Of a stretch of DNA of 64,000 nucleotides, positions 50,614 to 60,900 are shown in pieces; position 1 is the first letter of the stretch; every line of letters begins with the position of its first letter. Position numbers and translations under genes: made by a program. Source of the DNA: an uncultured Chloroflexia bacterium (GTDB lineage Bacteria; Chloroflexota; Chloroflexia; QHBQ01; JADMIH01). The stretch spans positions 768,001 through 832,000 of the forward strand of contig CAWCNY010000003.1 in assembly GCA_963797095.1 (NCBI GenBank), read 5' to 3'. The notes under the pieces were generated by a model that had not been told where the DNA came from, made no database searches, and was given only the letters and a program-made list of their open reading frames with translations.

Positions 50614-51219
50614 ATGGCGCGAGGCAAACTTGTAGCTAGCAGCGAGCGAAGGCGGCAGGAGATCATGGCCGCGGCGCTCGATTGCTTCACGGCCAAAGGC
50701 TTCAGCGAAACGAGCATGAGCGATATTCAGGAGCGGTCGGGTGCGAGCATGGGCAGCATCTACCATCACTTCGAGAGCAAAGAGCGGCTGGCCGCTGCTC
50801 TCTACCTGGAAGGCTTGAAGGGCGTTCACGGGGAGATAAGGCGTGTCCTAGCCGGTACCGAGCAGCCGGAGGCCGGGATCAAAGGACTGGTTAGGGCTTA
50901 TATAGACTGGTTCATGCAGCATCCCGACCTGGGACACTACCTGTTTCAAGGTATGGGAGCGCAGTATCTGGAAGTAGAGGGCGAGAAGATACGCGAGGAG
51001 ACCGGTATGTTGCGGCGCGACCTGGGAGGCTGGCTGCGGCCCCACATCGAATCGGGCAGGATCACCAACCTGCCAGGCGAACTTTACAGCCCGCTGATGC
51101 TCGGCCCCACACGCGAATTCTTGCAGCAATGGCTCGTACGCCGCAGCCCCACAGACGTGAGCGCGAGCAGCCAGGCCCTGGCTGACGCCGCCTGGAGAGC
51201 TTTAGCGGCGGCTCCCTGA
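50614..51219 (+). CDS. TetR/AcrR family transcriptional regulator
   Basis: RRQEIMAAALDCFTAKGFSETSMSDIQERSGASMGSIYHHFESKE. Confidence 0.95.
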   Translation: MARGKLVASSERRRQEIMAAALDCFTAKGFSETSMSDIQERSGASMGSIYHHFESKERLAAALYLEGLKGVHGEIRRVLAGTEQPEAGIKGLVRAYIDWFMQHPDLGHYLFQGMGAQYLEVEGEKIREETGMLRRDLGGWLRPHIESGRITNLPGELYSPLMLGPTREFLQQWLVRRSPTDVSASSQALADAAWRALAAAP

Positions 51220-51264
51220 CGGTGATCCACCAAGCAAGGTCATCGCAGCCCCAACACCTCGTCG

Positions 51265-51455
51265 CAGGGGCAGGCACCCCGCAAAGGCTCAGGAACAGCT
51301 CCAACGCGCCTGCCTCACCTTCGAGCCGGATCAGGCCGCGAGAAACCGCCTCGTCCGGCGCGACCTTGCCGGTAAGCAAGTCGAGATAGGTTGGCACATC
51401 TGTATAGAAGACCGCATCCGGGTCTACCGCTTCGCCTTGCTTGACTCTTCCCTGG
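51265..51455 (-). pseudogene. SCP2 sterol-binding-domain fragment
   Basis: VKQGEAVDPDAVFYTDVPTYLDLLTGKVAPDEAVSRGLIRLEGEAGALELFL; no credible start. Confidence 0.55.
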
Positions 51456-51554
51456 GGTTGATCTATAATCTTTATAGAACATTTGTGCGGTTTCGCGCCG
51501 TACATTTCTCCAGATCTCTCAAATTACACAAGATCGCAAAAGGAGGGCCCCGGT

Positions 51555-52145
51555 ATGCTCCAGAGGAACCTCAGCCCCGGGCTCTATGTAGCGACACGCA
51601 CGATCCACCGGACAAATGCGGGGATAGAAGGCGCAATTGTAGCGCGCTTCGTCGCCAGGGCAACCGCCCTTGGCCCTCTGGTCCAGGCATCACCGAACCT
51701 CCAGGCCCGACTGCTGCAAGAGGTCAAGGCCGTAGCACTACGCATCAACGCAAGCACCGAGGTAGGGGTGCCCTCTGGCTACGGCAGACATGTCCTCTAT
51801 GAAGACCCCGACCGCTGGTCCCTCGCCGCCATTATCCTGCGGCCCGGCCAGCGTACAGAGTTACATGACCATGCCAGCTGGGGATGCGCGGTTACCGTCC
51901 AGGGCATCGAGCGCGACCGGCGCTTCGTACACGATGCCGAGGGGAACCCGATCCTGAGCGGCGAGCGCGACTACCTGCCTGGGACAGGCTATGTCTTCGA
52001 CCACATCGCTGTTCACCAACCGGTCGGCGCCGACCCGAGCCGGGTAACGGTAGCCCTCCACTTCCTGGCGCACGATATCCGCCGCAATAATTCACATCGC
52101 GAGATCGTTACACTATCAAGGCCAAGCATTGAGGATGCTGCATGA
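51555..52145 (+). CDS. Cysteine dioxygenase-like cupin
   Basis: YGRHVLY, LRPGQRTELHDHASWG, AVHQ, VALH; SD AAGGAGG. Confidence 0.75.
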   Translation: MLQRNLSPGLYVATRTIHRTNAGIEGAIVARFVARATALGPLVQASPNLQARLLQEVKAVALRINASTEVGVPSGYGRHVLYEDPDRWSLAAIILRPGQRTELHDHASWGCAVTVQGIERDRRFVHDAEGNPILSGERDYLPGTGYVFDHIAVHQPVGADPSRVTVALHFLAHDIRRNNSHREIVTLSRPSIEDAA

Positions 52146-52208
52146 AATCAGGTGCATCACCGAAAGACGCGCTCTGCGATCATTTCAGAAATTGGTCCAT
52201 CCGGCCCC

Positions 52209-52238
52209 TTGACATGTGACCTATTGGTCACATATAAT
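52209..52238 (+). promoter_or_regulatory. Promoter with internal ArsR operator; probably leaderless
   Basis: TTGACA(52209)-18-TATAAT(52233); perfect ATGTGACC-TATT-GGTCACAT (52214-52233); ATG 6 nt after the -10. Confidence 0.8.
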
Positions 52239-52244
52239 AAGGGC

Positions 52245-52598
52245 ATGGAAATAGAACACGTGTTCCACGCGCTGGCCGATCACCATCGCCGATATTTACT
52301 CGATTTGCTCTCCCGGTCCGGCGGGCAGACCCTTACCGAACTGAGCGCCCACCTGCCCATGAGTCGCTTCGGTGCAATGAAGCATCTGCGGGTCCTCGAG
52401 GACGCAGGGCTGGTCACGACCCGTAAAGTTGGACGTGAGAAGCGGCACTATCTCAACCCTGCCCCCCTCCAGGATGTTGCCGATTGGGTAGAGAAGTACC
52501 GCCGGTTCTGGGACGAGCGCATAGACCGCCTGGAGGACTACCTCCGCGAGCTTCAACAGGAACAAAAGGAGCGGAAAAATGACCCTAACAAACCCTAG
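52245..52598 (+). CDS. ArsR/SmtB family transcriptional regulator
   Basis: VFHALADHHRRYLLDLL..MSRFGAMKHLRVLEDAGLVTTRKVGREK. Confidence 0.92.
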   Translation: MEIEHVFHALADHHRRYLLDLLSRSGGQTLTELSAHLPMSRFGAMKHLRVLEDAGLVTTRKVGREKRHYLNPAPLQDVADWVEKYRRFWDERIDRLEDYLRELQQEQKERKNDPNKP

Positions 52599-53088
52599 CC
52601 CTAACGCGCCCGGCACCTCCGGTCAGGCCAATCAGAACAAGGGCGAAGTCACCCTCACACGCATTATTGACGCGCCTCGAGATCTAGTGTTCGAGGCGTG
52701 GACCGACCCGAAACATATGGCCCGGTGGTGGGGTCCAAAATACTTCACCAACCCGGTGTGCGAGCTGGACGTGCGGCCCGGCGGCGCGATCCTCATCCAT
52801 ATGCGCGCACCCGACGGCACCATCTACCCCATGAAGGGCACGTTCCTCGAAATCGTCAGGCCTGAGCGGCTCGTCTTCAATAGCATCGCTATCGAGGACG
52901 AAAGCGGTAACTCCATCCTCGAAAGTCTCACCACCGTCACATTCGAAGAGCACGAAGGCAAGACGAAACTCACCGTGCACGCCGCCGTCACCAGGGCAGA
53001 ACCAGGCTCCGAAGGGGCGCTCGCCGGCATGGAAGAGGGCTGGAACCAGAGCCTCGACAAGCTCGCCGAATATCTGGCCAAAGTCTAG
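52579..53088 (+). CDS. SRPBCC/AHSA1 (Activator of Hsp90 ATPase 1-like) protein
   Basis: TRIIDAPRDLVFEAWTDP..WWGP..DVRPGG..GWNQSLDKL. Confidence 0.9.
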   Translation: MTLTNPSPNAPGTSGQANQNKGEVTLTRIIDAPRDLVFEAWTDPKHMARWWGPKYFTNPVCELDVRPGGAILIHMRAPDGTIYPMKGTFLEIVRPERLVFNSIAIEDESGNSILESLTTVTFEEHEGKTKLTVHAAVTRAEPGSEGALAGMEEGWNQSLDKLAEYLAKV

Positions 53089-53334
53089 ACTCTAGCATAG
53101 GAGGGTGTGCAGGGGGCCACCCCTGCCGGGGCTCGGGCATCGGACATTCTTAATGACCCCGTGCGGTGCTCCCAGTAGGACAACGGGAAATACTCCCTTT
53201 GGTAGACCTTCAGATACTGCCTCTCACGGTCCCGTCGGGTATGCTATGCCCCAAAACCACCTCAATTCTCATCTTATTATGAGTTGTGATCTACAGCTCA
53301 CAACTCCCCAGAATAGAACGAAGGGAGCAGAACG

Positions 53335-53890
53335 ATGGAAACAGCACATAAGAAGCCGACGGCTGAACGGAACCTCGACGGCTATGGAGCGCCCCCGATC
53401 CCCTGGGCGAAGGTGCAGGAGCAGCTGGACCGAGGTCTCTCGCAAGAACCCGAATCGGGTGGACCTGGTCGACATACATGCTGGCTGGCAACCGTGAACC
53501 CGAACGGCAGGCCGCATGTAGTGCCGCTGGGCGCTCTCTGGGTGGATGGCCTCCTTTACTTCAATGCCGGTGCAGCCACCCGTAAGGCGAAGAATCTCAG
53601 CCCAAAACCCGAACTGCGTCATTTCGGTCGCTACTCACGATTTCGACCTGGTCGTGGAAGGCATGGCTACAAAAGTGATTGACCTGGCCACGGTCCGGCG
53701 TATCGCTGAGGTATACAGGGTGCAGCGCTGGGAGGCAACCGTGGATGAGGAGAACGTTTCCCTGACCGCCCCGTACAGCGCACCCAGTGCAGGGCCGCCT
53801 CCCTGGGACCTGTACAAGGTAACGCCGGAGACAGTGTATGCCTTTGGTACGGCCGAGCCGTATGGCGCGACACGTTGGAGATTCGCGTAG
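53335..53890 (+). pseudogene. Pyridoxamine 5'-phosphate oxidase-like protein, frameshifted
   Basis: WLATVNPNGRPHVVPL..TRKAKNL, then +1 shift near 53598 to AQNPNCVIS..DLVVEG..ATRWRF. Confidence 0.8.
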
Positions 53891-53925
53891 GTCGAGCATA
53901 AGCAGTCCGTTAGAAGGAGCCTTCA

Positions 53926-54295
53926 ATGAAATCAGTAGTCTCAAAAGACGGCACCCCTATCGCATATGACCGGCAGGGTCAAGGGCCTTCGCGCTGATCG
54001 TCGTAGCGATGCGGTCAAGTATGCCTTCACGGCGGGCAGGCGGGCCATGAAGGTTCCCAAGCTGATCGCGATTGGGGATGCCGACAGCGTCCGCCCGTCG
54101 CACGCGTTGGAGATGTACGAGTGGCTCGGAGGCGGTCCGGTGATCCTCACGCCGGACGGCAGGTTGGGCGCGTTTCCGAAATCACAACTCGCCATCCTTC
54201 CCGGCACTTCGCACTTCAATATCCTCTACCGCACCGATCTGCTCATCCCGATCGTCACGCAGTTCCTCGACTCACCCATGCCGGAGGGCAAGTAA
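53926..54295 (+). pseudogene. Collapsed alpha/beta-hydrolase remnant
   Basis: MKSVVSKDGTPIAYDRQGQGP (after AAGGAG) joined out of frame to KVPKLIAIGDADSV..QLAILPGTSH..IVTQFLD; nucleophile region missing. Confidence 0.7.
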
Positions 54296-54383
54296 TGTGC
54301 AGCATCATCAGGCCGCTGTTCAACTTTGAGCCGCCCGCCACCCGGCGGATCTCATAGCACACCTCAATGAATGGAGAACAAAC

Positions 54384-54977
54384 ATGGGCAAAGTTATCAC
54401 AAATATTACAATGTCGCTGGACGGCTTTATCGCCGGGCCGGGAGATGACGTTCAGCATCTCTTTAAGTGGTACTTCAGCGGCCCCACCGAAATTGCGGTG
54501 CAGGGCGGGAGGATGGTGCTCAAGGTGTCGCCGGAGAGCGCAGCCCTCCTCGAGGAATCGATAAAGGCCACCGGAGCAATGGTGGCAGGGCGCAGGATGT
54601 TCGATCTCGCCGGGGCCTGGGGCGGTAGTCCCCCCTTTGCGCCCTGTTTCATAGTCACTCATAATGTCGCACAGGAATGGGTCAAGGAAGGCTCGCCCTT
54701 CACCTTCGTCACAGACGGCGTAGAGAGCGCCGTCAGGCAGGCAAAGGCGGCAGCAGGCGACAAGAACGTGGCCGTAGCCACCGCCAGCATCACCCAGCAG
54801 TGCTTGAAAGCCGGGCTGCTTGACGAGATACATATCGATCTGGCCCCCGTTCTGCTCGGCGACGGCATCCGGCTGTTCGAGCATCTCGGCATCGAGCCGG
54901 TTGAGCTTGAAACGGTGAAGGTCGTACGGGCCCCCGGTGTAACGCACCTGGGATTCCGCGTCATAAAGGAGAGCTAA
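54384..54977 (+). CDS. Dihydrofolate reductase family (RibD C-terminal domain) protein
   Basis: MSLDGFIAG, GRRMF, AGLLDEIHIDLAPVLLGDGIRLF. Confidence 0.92.
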   Translation: MGKVITNITMSLDGFIAGPGDDVQHLFKWYFSGPTEIAVQGGRMVLKVSPESAALLEESIKATGAMVAGRRMFDLAGAWGGSPPFAPCFIVTHNVAQEWVKEGSPFTFVTDGVESAVRQAKAAAGDKNVAVATASITQQCLKAGLLDEIHIDLAPVLLGDGIRLFEHLGIEPVELETVKVVRAPGVTHLGFRVIKES

Positions 54978-54978
54978 C

Positions 54979-55758
54979 GTGAATTCAGTACGGTCCAAGG
55001 ATGGTACAACCATCACGTTCGATAAATTGGGTGAGGGATCGCCCGTCATCCTGGTGTGCGGCGGGTCAGTCGATAGAATGTCAAATGCGTCACTGGCCGA
55101 ACTCCTGGCAACCCATCACACCGTGTACAATTACGACCGCCGTGGCCGTGGTGAAAGTGGCGACACCCCGCCATACGCGGTCAAGCGCGAGATCGAGGAT
55201 ATGGACGCCCTGATCAATGAGGCGGGCGGCTCGGCCTTCCTGTACGGTGCGTCATCCGGTGCCGCCCTTGCACTCGAGGCGGCAGCGAGCGGCCTCTCGG
55301 TCACAAAATTGGCATTGTGGGAGCCACCCTATATACTGGAGGGCACCCGCCCTCGGCCACCCGCGGACACCGCCTCTATTTACACAGAGCTGGTATCGTC
55401 GGGTCGTCGCGGCGATGCAGTCGAGTACTTCATGGCGAAGGTGGTCGGCCTCCCCGACGAGTTCGTTGCCCAGGCTCGCAGCGCCCCCTGGTGGCCCTGG
55501 CAGGAGGCCCTCGCTCATACGCTCGCATACGACGCCACGATCATGGGCGACTATTCGCTGCCGGAGGAGCGCGCCGCCAAAGTCAAAATACCAACGCTCG
55601 TACTGGCAGGTGGGGCAAGTTGGGACTGGATGCGCGACACGGCACAAGCGCTGGCGCGTGCCCTACCCGGCGGAGAGTACCGCGTCCTTGAGGGCCAGGA
55701 GCATAACATCGACGCGCAGGTACTGGCACCCGCTTTGGAGGAATTCTTCGCTGGCTGA
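54979..55758 (+). CDS. Alpha/beta fold hydrolase
   Basis: YDRRGRGESGD, GASSG nucleophile elbow, PTLVLAG, LEGQEH. Confidence 0.92.
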   Translation: MNSVRSKDGTTITFDKLGEGSPVILVCGGSVDRMSNASLAELLATHHTVYNYDRRGRGESGDTPPYAVKREIEDMDALINEAGGSAFLYGASSGAALALEAAASGLSVTKLALWEPPYILEGTRPRPPADTASIYTELVSSGRRGDAVEYFMAKVVGLPDEFVAQARSAPWWPWQEALAHTLAYDATIMGDYSLPEERAAKVKIPTLVLAGGASWDWMRDTAQALARALPGGEYRVLEGQEHNIDAQVLAPALEEFFAG

Positions 55759-55846
55759 GAAAGATACCGGCTCGCTCCAGGTTCCGGTATCTCCAACGAT
55801 CTGGCATGGAGATACCGGAACCTGTTGAACCGGGGAGACCAAACCA

Positions 55847-57967
55847 ATGCGCCCTGTACAACCGTCACAGTCGGGCCACCTTACGCTCGCAGGCTTCGGC
55901 ATCTACTACGAGATGTTCGAGCCTGCCGACACTGTCGAGGCACCCGCGCTGCTCCTTCTCCCGACCTGGCAGATCGTACACAGCCGTCATTGGAAGATGC
56001 AGGTGGCCTACCTGTCGCGCCACTTCCGGGTGATCACCTTCGACTCGCCTGGTAACGGCGGTGCAGAGCGCACTGAAGACCCGGCTGCTTTCGAATACGA
56101 CCGCGTCATCGACCAGGGGGTCGGGCTGCTTGACCATCTTGGCATGAAACAGGCCGCGCTCCTAGCCTTCTCCAGGGGGTGCTTCTACGCCCTCTGGATG
56201 GCCGCACGCTACCCCGGCAGGGTTAGGCGCCTGATCTTGATAGGCAATGGAGTCGCGCCCGACTTCTCGCCATCCGCAGACCCGACCTTCTGGGAGCGGC
56301 ACGACACCTACGACGGCTGGGAGAAGTGGAACGCTCATTACTGGCTTGAACACTATCCTGAGTGGCTCGACTTCTTCTTCGGTGAGTTTTTCACCGAGCC
56401 CCACTCCACCAAGGGCTTCGAAGATTGCGTCGCCTGGAGTATGGAGACCACCCCGCAAATCCTCACACACACCGTAGCCAACGCCGGTCTCTTCCCCAGG
56501 ATGCCGGTGCGGCAGGTGCTGGAGAGCGTTACATGCCCGGTGCTCCTCATCCATGGAGAGGACGACCGCATCTCCGAGATCGAGGTTACCAGGCAGCTGG
56601 CCGAGGCGCGCCCCGATTTTGAGTTTCTTACCCTCCAGGGAAGCGGTCACGGCCTGCATGTACGCAACCCGGTCAAAACGAACCTGGAGGTCGCCGGCTT
56701 CATGGGCGCAACCGGCCCCAGGCAGAGGACCTGGCATCATGCGCTCACCCGCAAGCCTCGCCGCGCCCTCTATATTTCAAGCCCAATCGGCCTGGGGCAT
56801 GTGCAGCGCGACCTGGCGATTGCCCGCGAGTTGCGCGCCCTGGTGCCCGACCTTGAGATTCTTTGGTGGGCGCAACCCCCCGTAACCCGCGTGTTGCAGG
56901 AGGCGGGCGAGTTCATTCACCCGGCCAGCCGCCGGATGGCCTCCGAGTCGGCTCACTGGGAGGAGGAGTCGTCCGGTCACGAGCTGCACGCTTTCTATGC
57001 CTTCCGCCGCATGGACGAAATCTTCCTCTACAACTTCATGCTCCTCCACGACCTCATGAGGGAGGAGCAGTACGATCTGTGGATCGGCGACGAGTCGTGG
57101 GAGCTGGACTATTACCTGCACGAAAACCCCGATCTGAAAACCGCGCCCTATGCCTTTCTGACCGATGTGATCGGCTTCTTGCCCGTAGACCCGGAGGGCG
57201 ACCCGCGCGAGGCTTACGTCTGCGCCGACTACAACGCCGAGATGATAGAGCAGAGAGCGCGCTACCCGCGACTGCGCGATCTATCGCTTTATGTGGGAGA
57301 GTATGACGACCTGCCGCCCGACTACTTCGGGCCTGGCCTCCCGCGTATCCGCGATTGGGCGCGAGAGTGGTTCGAGGCGGTGGGCTACGTCCTCCCATTC
57401 GCCCCCGGCGACTATCGAGATACAGCAGCCCTGCGGGCCAAACTAGGTTACGACAAAGACGGTGGGGCCGGCCCGCTCCTCTTCGCAACTGTCGGCGGCA
57501 CATCCGTCGGGCGCAATCTGCTTCAGAAGATAGCCGAATCGTTTCCCATCCTGCGCGAAGCAATAGCGGACGCCCGGATGGTGATGGTCACAGGCCCGCG
57601 CATCGACCCCCGCGATCTACCCGATGCGGCCGGCATGGAAAAGCGGTCATACGTGCACAACCTGTTCGAGCACCTGGCCTGCGCCGATGCCGCCGTAGTG
57701 CAAGGCGGCCTCTCCACCTCAATGGAGCTGGTGGCGGCGCGACGCCCCTTCGTCTACTTTCCTCTGCGTAAGCACTGGGAGCAGTTGCACCACGTGGCAT
57801 ACAGGCTGGACCATTACAATGCCGGCACCAGGCTCGACTATGGTGCCACCACCCCGTCGGAGTTAGCCCAGGCGTTGAAGCAGACCTTGCAGACCCCTGT
57901 AGACTACAGAGAGATCGCCCCAGGAGCGGCGCGTAGGGCCGCTGAGCGCATCGCGACTCTCCTGTAA
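55847..57967 (+). CDS. Alpha/beta hydrolase fused to a GT-B glycosyltransferase (GT28 C-terminal-like) domain
   Basis: FDSPGNG, AFSRG, PVLLIHGEDD, GSGH; then SSPIGLGHVQRD, TVGGTSVG, AVVQGGLSTSME, HWEQ. Confidence 0.85.
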   Translation: MRPVQPSQSGHLTLAGFGIYYEMFEPADTVEAPALLLLPTWQIVHSRHWKMQVAYLSRHFRVITFDSPGNGGAERTEDPAAFEYDRVIDQGVGLLDHLGMKQAALLAFSRGCFYALWMAARYPGRVRRLILIGNGVAPDFSPSADPTFWERHDTYDGWEKWNAHYWLEHYPEWLDFFFGEFFTEPHSTKGFEDCVAWSMETTPQILTHTVANAGLFPRMPVRQVLESVTCPVLLIHGEDDRISEIEVTRQLAEARPDFEFLTLQGSGHGLHVRNPVKTNLEVAGFMGATGPRQRTWHHALTRKPRRALYISSPIGLGHVQRDLAIARELRALVPDLEILWWAQPPVTRVLQEAGEFIHPASRRMASESAHWEEESSGHELHAFYAFRRMDEIFLYNFMLLHDLMREEQYDLWIGDESWELDYYLHENPDLKTAPYAFLTDVIGFLPVDPEGDPREAYVCADYNAEMIEQRARYPRLRDLSLYVGEYDDLPPDYFGPGLPRIRDWAREWFEAVGYVLPFAPGDYRDTAALRAKLGYDKDGGAGPLLFATVGGTSVGRNLLQKIAESFPILREAIADARMVMVTGPRIDPRDLPDAAGMEKRSYVHNLFEHLACADAAVVQGGLSTSMELVAARRPFVYFPLRKHWEQLHHVAYRLDHYNAGTRLDYGATTPSELAQALKQTLQTPVDYREIAPGAARRAAERIATLL

Positions 57968-57997
57968 CCTCCTGCAACAGCCCATTCATCTACACCT

Positions 57998-60900
57998 TCA
58001 AGCCTCTTGCACCCCGGCAGAAAGTACCTCCTCTACTATCTGCTCCAGGGTCCTTGTCTGTCTTTTACTTGAGGCTGCGATAGGTTGGCGGGAAGGATCT
58101 GCTGTCATCATTTCCTCGATCTCTCGCACTCGATCTCTTGTCTGTTTGTTGGCCGCCGGGTGCTCGGCGACTAAAGAGAGGATCTCCCGGCCTTGCTCAG
58201 GCTGCCCCTCACCCACCTGAGTCTCAGCTGTGCTCGCCAGGATATCCAGCGCCACCGGCCACGCCTCGATTCCCATGGCGATCCCCAGAGCCCTATGCAG
58301 GTGAGACAGTGCCGCCTGGCCTTCGCCCAGAGCCTGAGCCACTCTACCCAGGGTATTGAGCGCAGCGGCCATGCCGCGCCTGTAACTGGTCTCCTCGCAC
58401 AAGACGAGCACCTCGCGCAACAGACGTTGGGCCAGCGAATAATTCCCCCGCGAGAAGGCGAGATAACCCAGCTGCTGGAGGGGTAGGGCCATGTGCTGGC
58501 GGTCCCCTATCTCCTTGAAAGCGTCCAGGCTCTCCTCCAGGAGCGACTGCGCTTGCGGATAGTGGCCCGAGTACAACGCTATCGTGCCCATCTGGTGCAG
58601 GGCGTTGGCACGGCCCCAGCGATGGCCGATTTCACGTGAGATAGCAAGCACCTCCTCACAATATCGCCCGGCATCTGCGTACTCACCCAGGGCAATAGCC
58701 ACGCTGGCCATATCGTTGAGGCAGAATATCATAGCCCGGCGGTCCCCTGCTTCTCTTGAGATATGGAGGCTCTCCTCGTGCAATTGTTTGGCCCCCTTGT
58801 ACTCCCCCAGCAGATACGCCACGTTACCCAGGTCGCTGAGCGAATATGCGGTTCCCCACCGGTCGCCTGCTTCTCTGAACAAAGCCAGGCTCCGCTCAAG
58901 GAAACCCCTGGCTTGCTCGTATTCGCTCTGTAAGCGCGCCACCGTGCCGAGAAGGTTCAGCGAGAAGGCAATCTCTCTGTGCGCTCCAATACGTGACAGG
59001 AGGGTAATACTTCTCTCGAGCAGATGGCGGCCCTTGATCGTGCGACCCAGGCGCGACCCTGAGATCGCTCCATGTCGGGCCAGCACTTTGCCGAGCACCA
59101 ACACCTGCTCTTTGTCCTCGATTTCCTCAGTGCCGGTTTCGGTGCCGAAACTCAACACCGAGACCGCCCGCCCAAACGACTCGTCAGCTTCGTGTAGCAG
59201 GCCGCGGCTCTCGTAATAGATCCACAGCCCGTCTATGAGCCTATCGATCGTCTCGATCTTCTTTTGCTCGATGCTCCAACGCCATGCTTGTCGCACATTG
59301 TCAATATCGGCGGTGATTTCTTCTATCGCGGACAACTGTTCTTTCCCGCGCAATCGTTCCTCCCGCCGTTGGACAAAGTCCGCGTAGTAATCTGCGTGCC
59401 GGTCTTGCGCCAGCGCTGCTGCGCCTGGCACTTCACCCAGCCCGGTATAGGCATACTGGCGCAAAAGCTCGTGCATCTGGTAGCGTCCAGGGGGGCCACG
59501 GTGCAGCCACGATTTGGCGATCAAGGATGAAAGCACCGGCAGAGTGGCACCCATCGCCTGCTCGGCGGCCTCGCGGCGGAATCCTCCCTGGAATATAGAT
59601 AGACCGGCGCATATCAGGCGCTCTTCCTCAGAGAGGAGATTCCACGAATAATCGAAAACAGCCCGCATGCTCCGGTGTCGCTCAGGAACGTCGCGCAGGT
59701 GCGTGGTGAGGAAGTCGAGGTTCCTGGTGATCTCCTGGGCGATTTCATCGCACGAAAGCGTGGGAGTCCAGGCCGCGGCCAACTCAACCGCAAGCGGCAG
59801 CCCGCCGAGCAACCGGCAGATGCGCACAACCGCCCGCTTGTCCTCCTCGTCCAGCACGAAGCTCGAATCGAGGCGGCGAGCGCTTTGCGTAAACAATTGC
59901 ACCGCGGCATAGCTCCCCAGGTCGCCGAACATTGCTTCTTCCGGGTAAGGTAAGCCGCTCACCGCCAGCACCCATTCGCCCTGCAAATTCATGCGCTCGC
60001 GAGTCGTCGCGATGATCTTTACGCCCGGCGCGCGATTAAGGATCGCGGCCAGCAGGCCGGTAGCATCGGAAAGATGCTCCAGGTTATCCAGCACCAGGAG
60101 TACCTCTTTATCGCTCAATTCATCGAGAAGCTGGCTTTGTTCGTCTTTGTGGCTGGAGAAAGAAAGCCCGATGGCCGACCCTATCGTAGATGCGAGAAAC
60201 TCCCCTGAGCGCACAGGTGCCAGCGACACGAAATACACCCCATCCGCAAACGCTCCTATCTGCTCGGTGGCCGCCTGTAGAGCAAGTCGAGTCTTGCCGC
60301 TACCCCCCTGGCCGGTCAAGCTGATCAGCCTGCACTCGGGGCGCTCGATCAATTGGGCCAACTCCACCAGTTCGTGCTCACGCCCAACGAAAGGGGTCGG
60401 TTGAAGCGGGAGATTATGTGGGTGCAGGGAGGGGAGAACCAGTCGCCCTTCTAGCGAGGACCCGCTACTGCCCACATAGCCATATCCGGAGCCGCTACCC
60501 TCCATGTCACTGCGCTCCGACGCCCTGATACGCTCGTATAGCTCGGTGGTTTCCTCCGTCGGCTCCACGCCAAGCCCTTCCCGCAGCAGGCGGCGGCAGG
60601 TCTCGTACTGAGCGAGCGCGGCGCTCCGCTCCCCGCGCAGTACAAGCAGGCGCATCACCTGGCGATGGGCTTCCTCGCGCCAGGGGTCGATCTCAAGCTG
60701 CCGCCAGGCGTAGCTGTGCGCCTCGTCGTATGCGCCTCGCCTCTCGTAATACGCCGCCAGTTGGTAGAGAGCCTGGAGCACCTGCCGCTGTAGCTCGTCC
60801 CGCTGGAGAAGCATCCATTCTTCAAACGCCACGCTCTCCTGAACAAACAATCCGTCCAGGAAAGGGCCACGGTACAACTCGACGGCTTGCCGGAGCCTCT

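Noticed and set aside
53108-53126. GCAGGGG-GCCA-CCCCTGC hairpin after the AHSA1 gene as a REP-like element
   Set aside because: Single copy in the window; cannot be distinguished from an ordinary 3' hairpin
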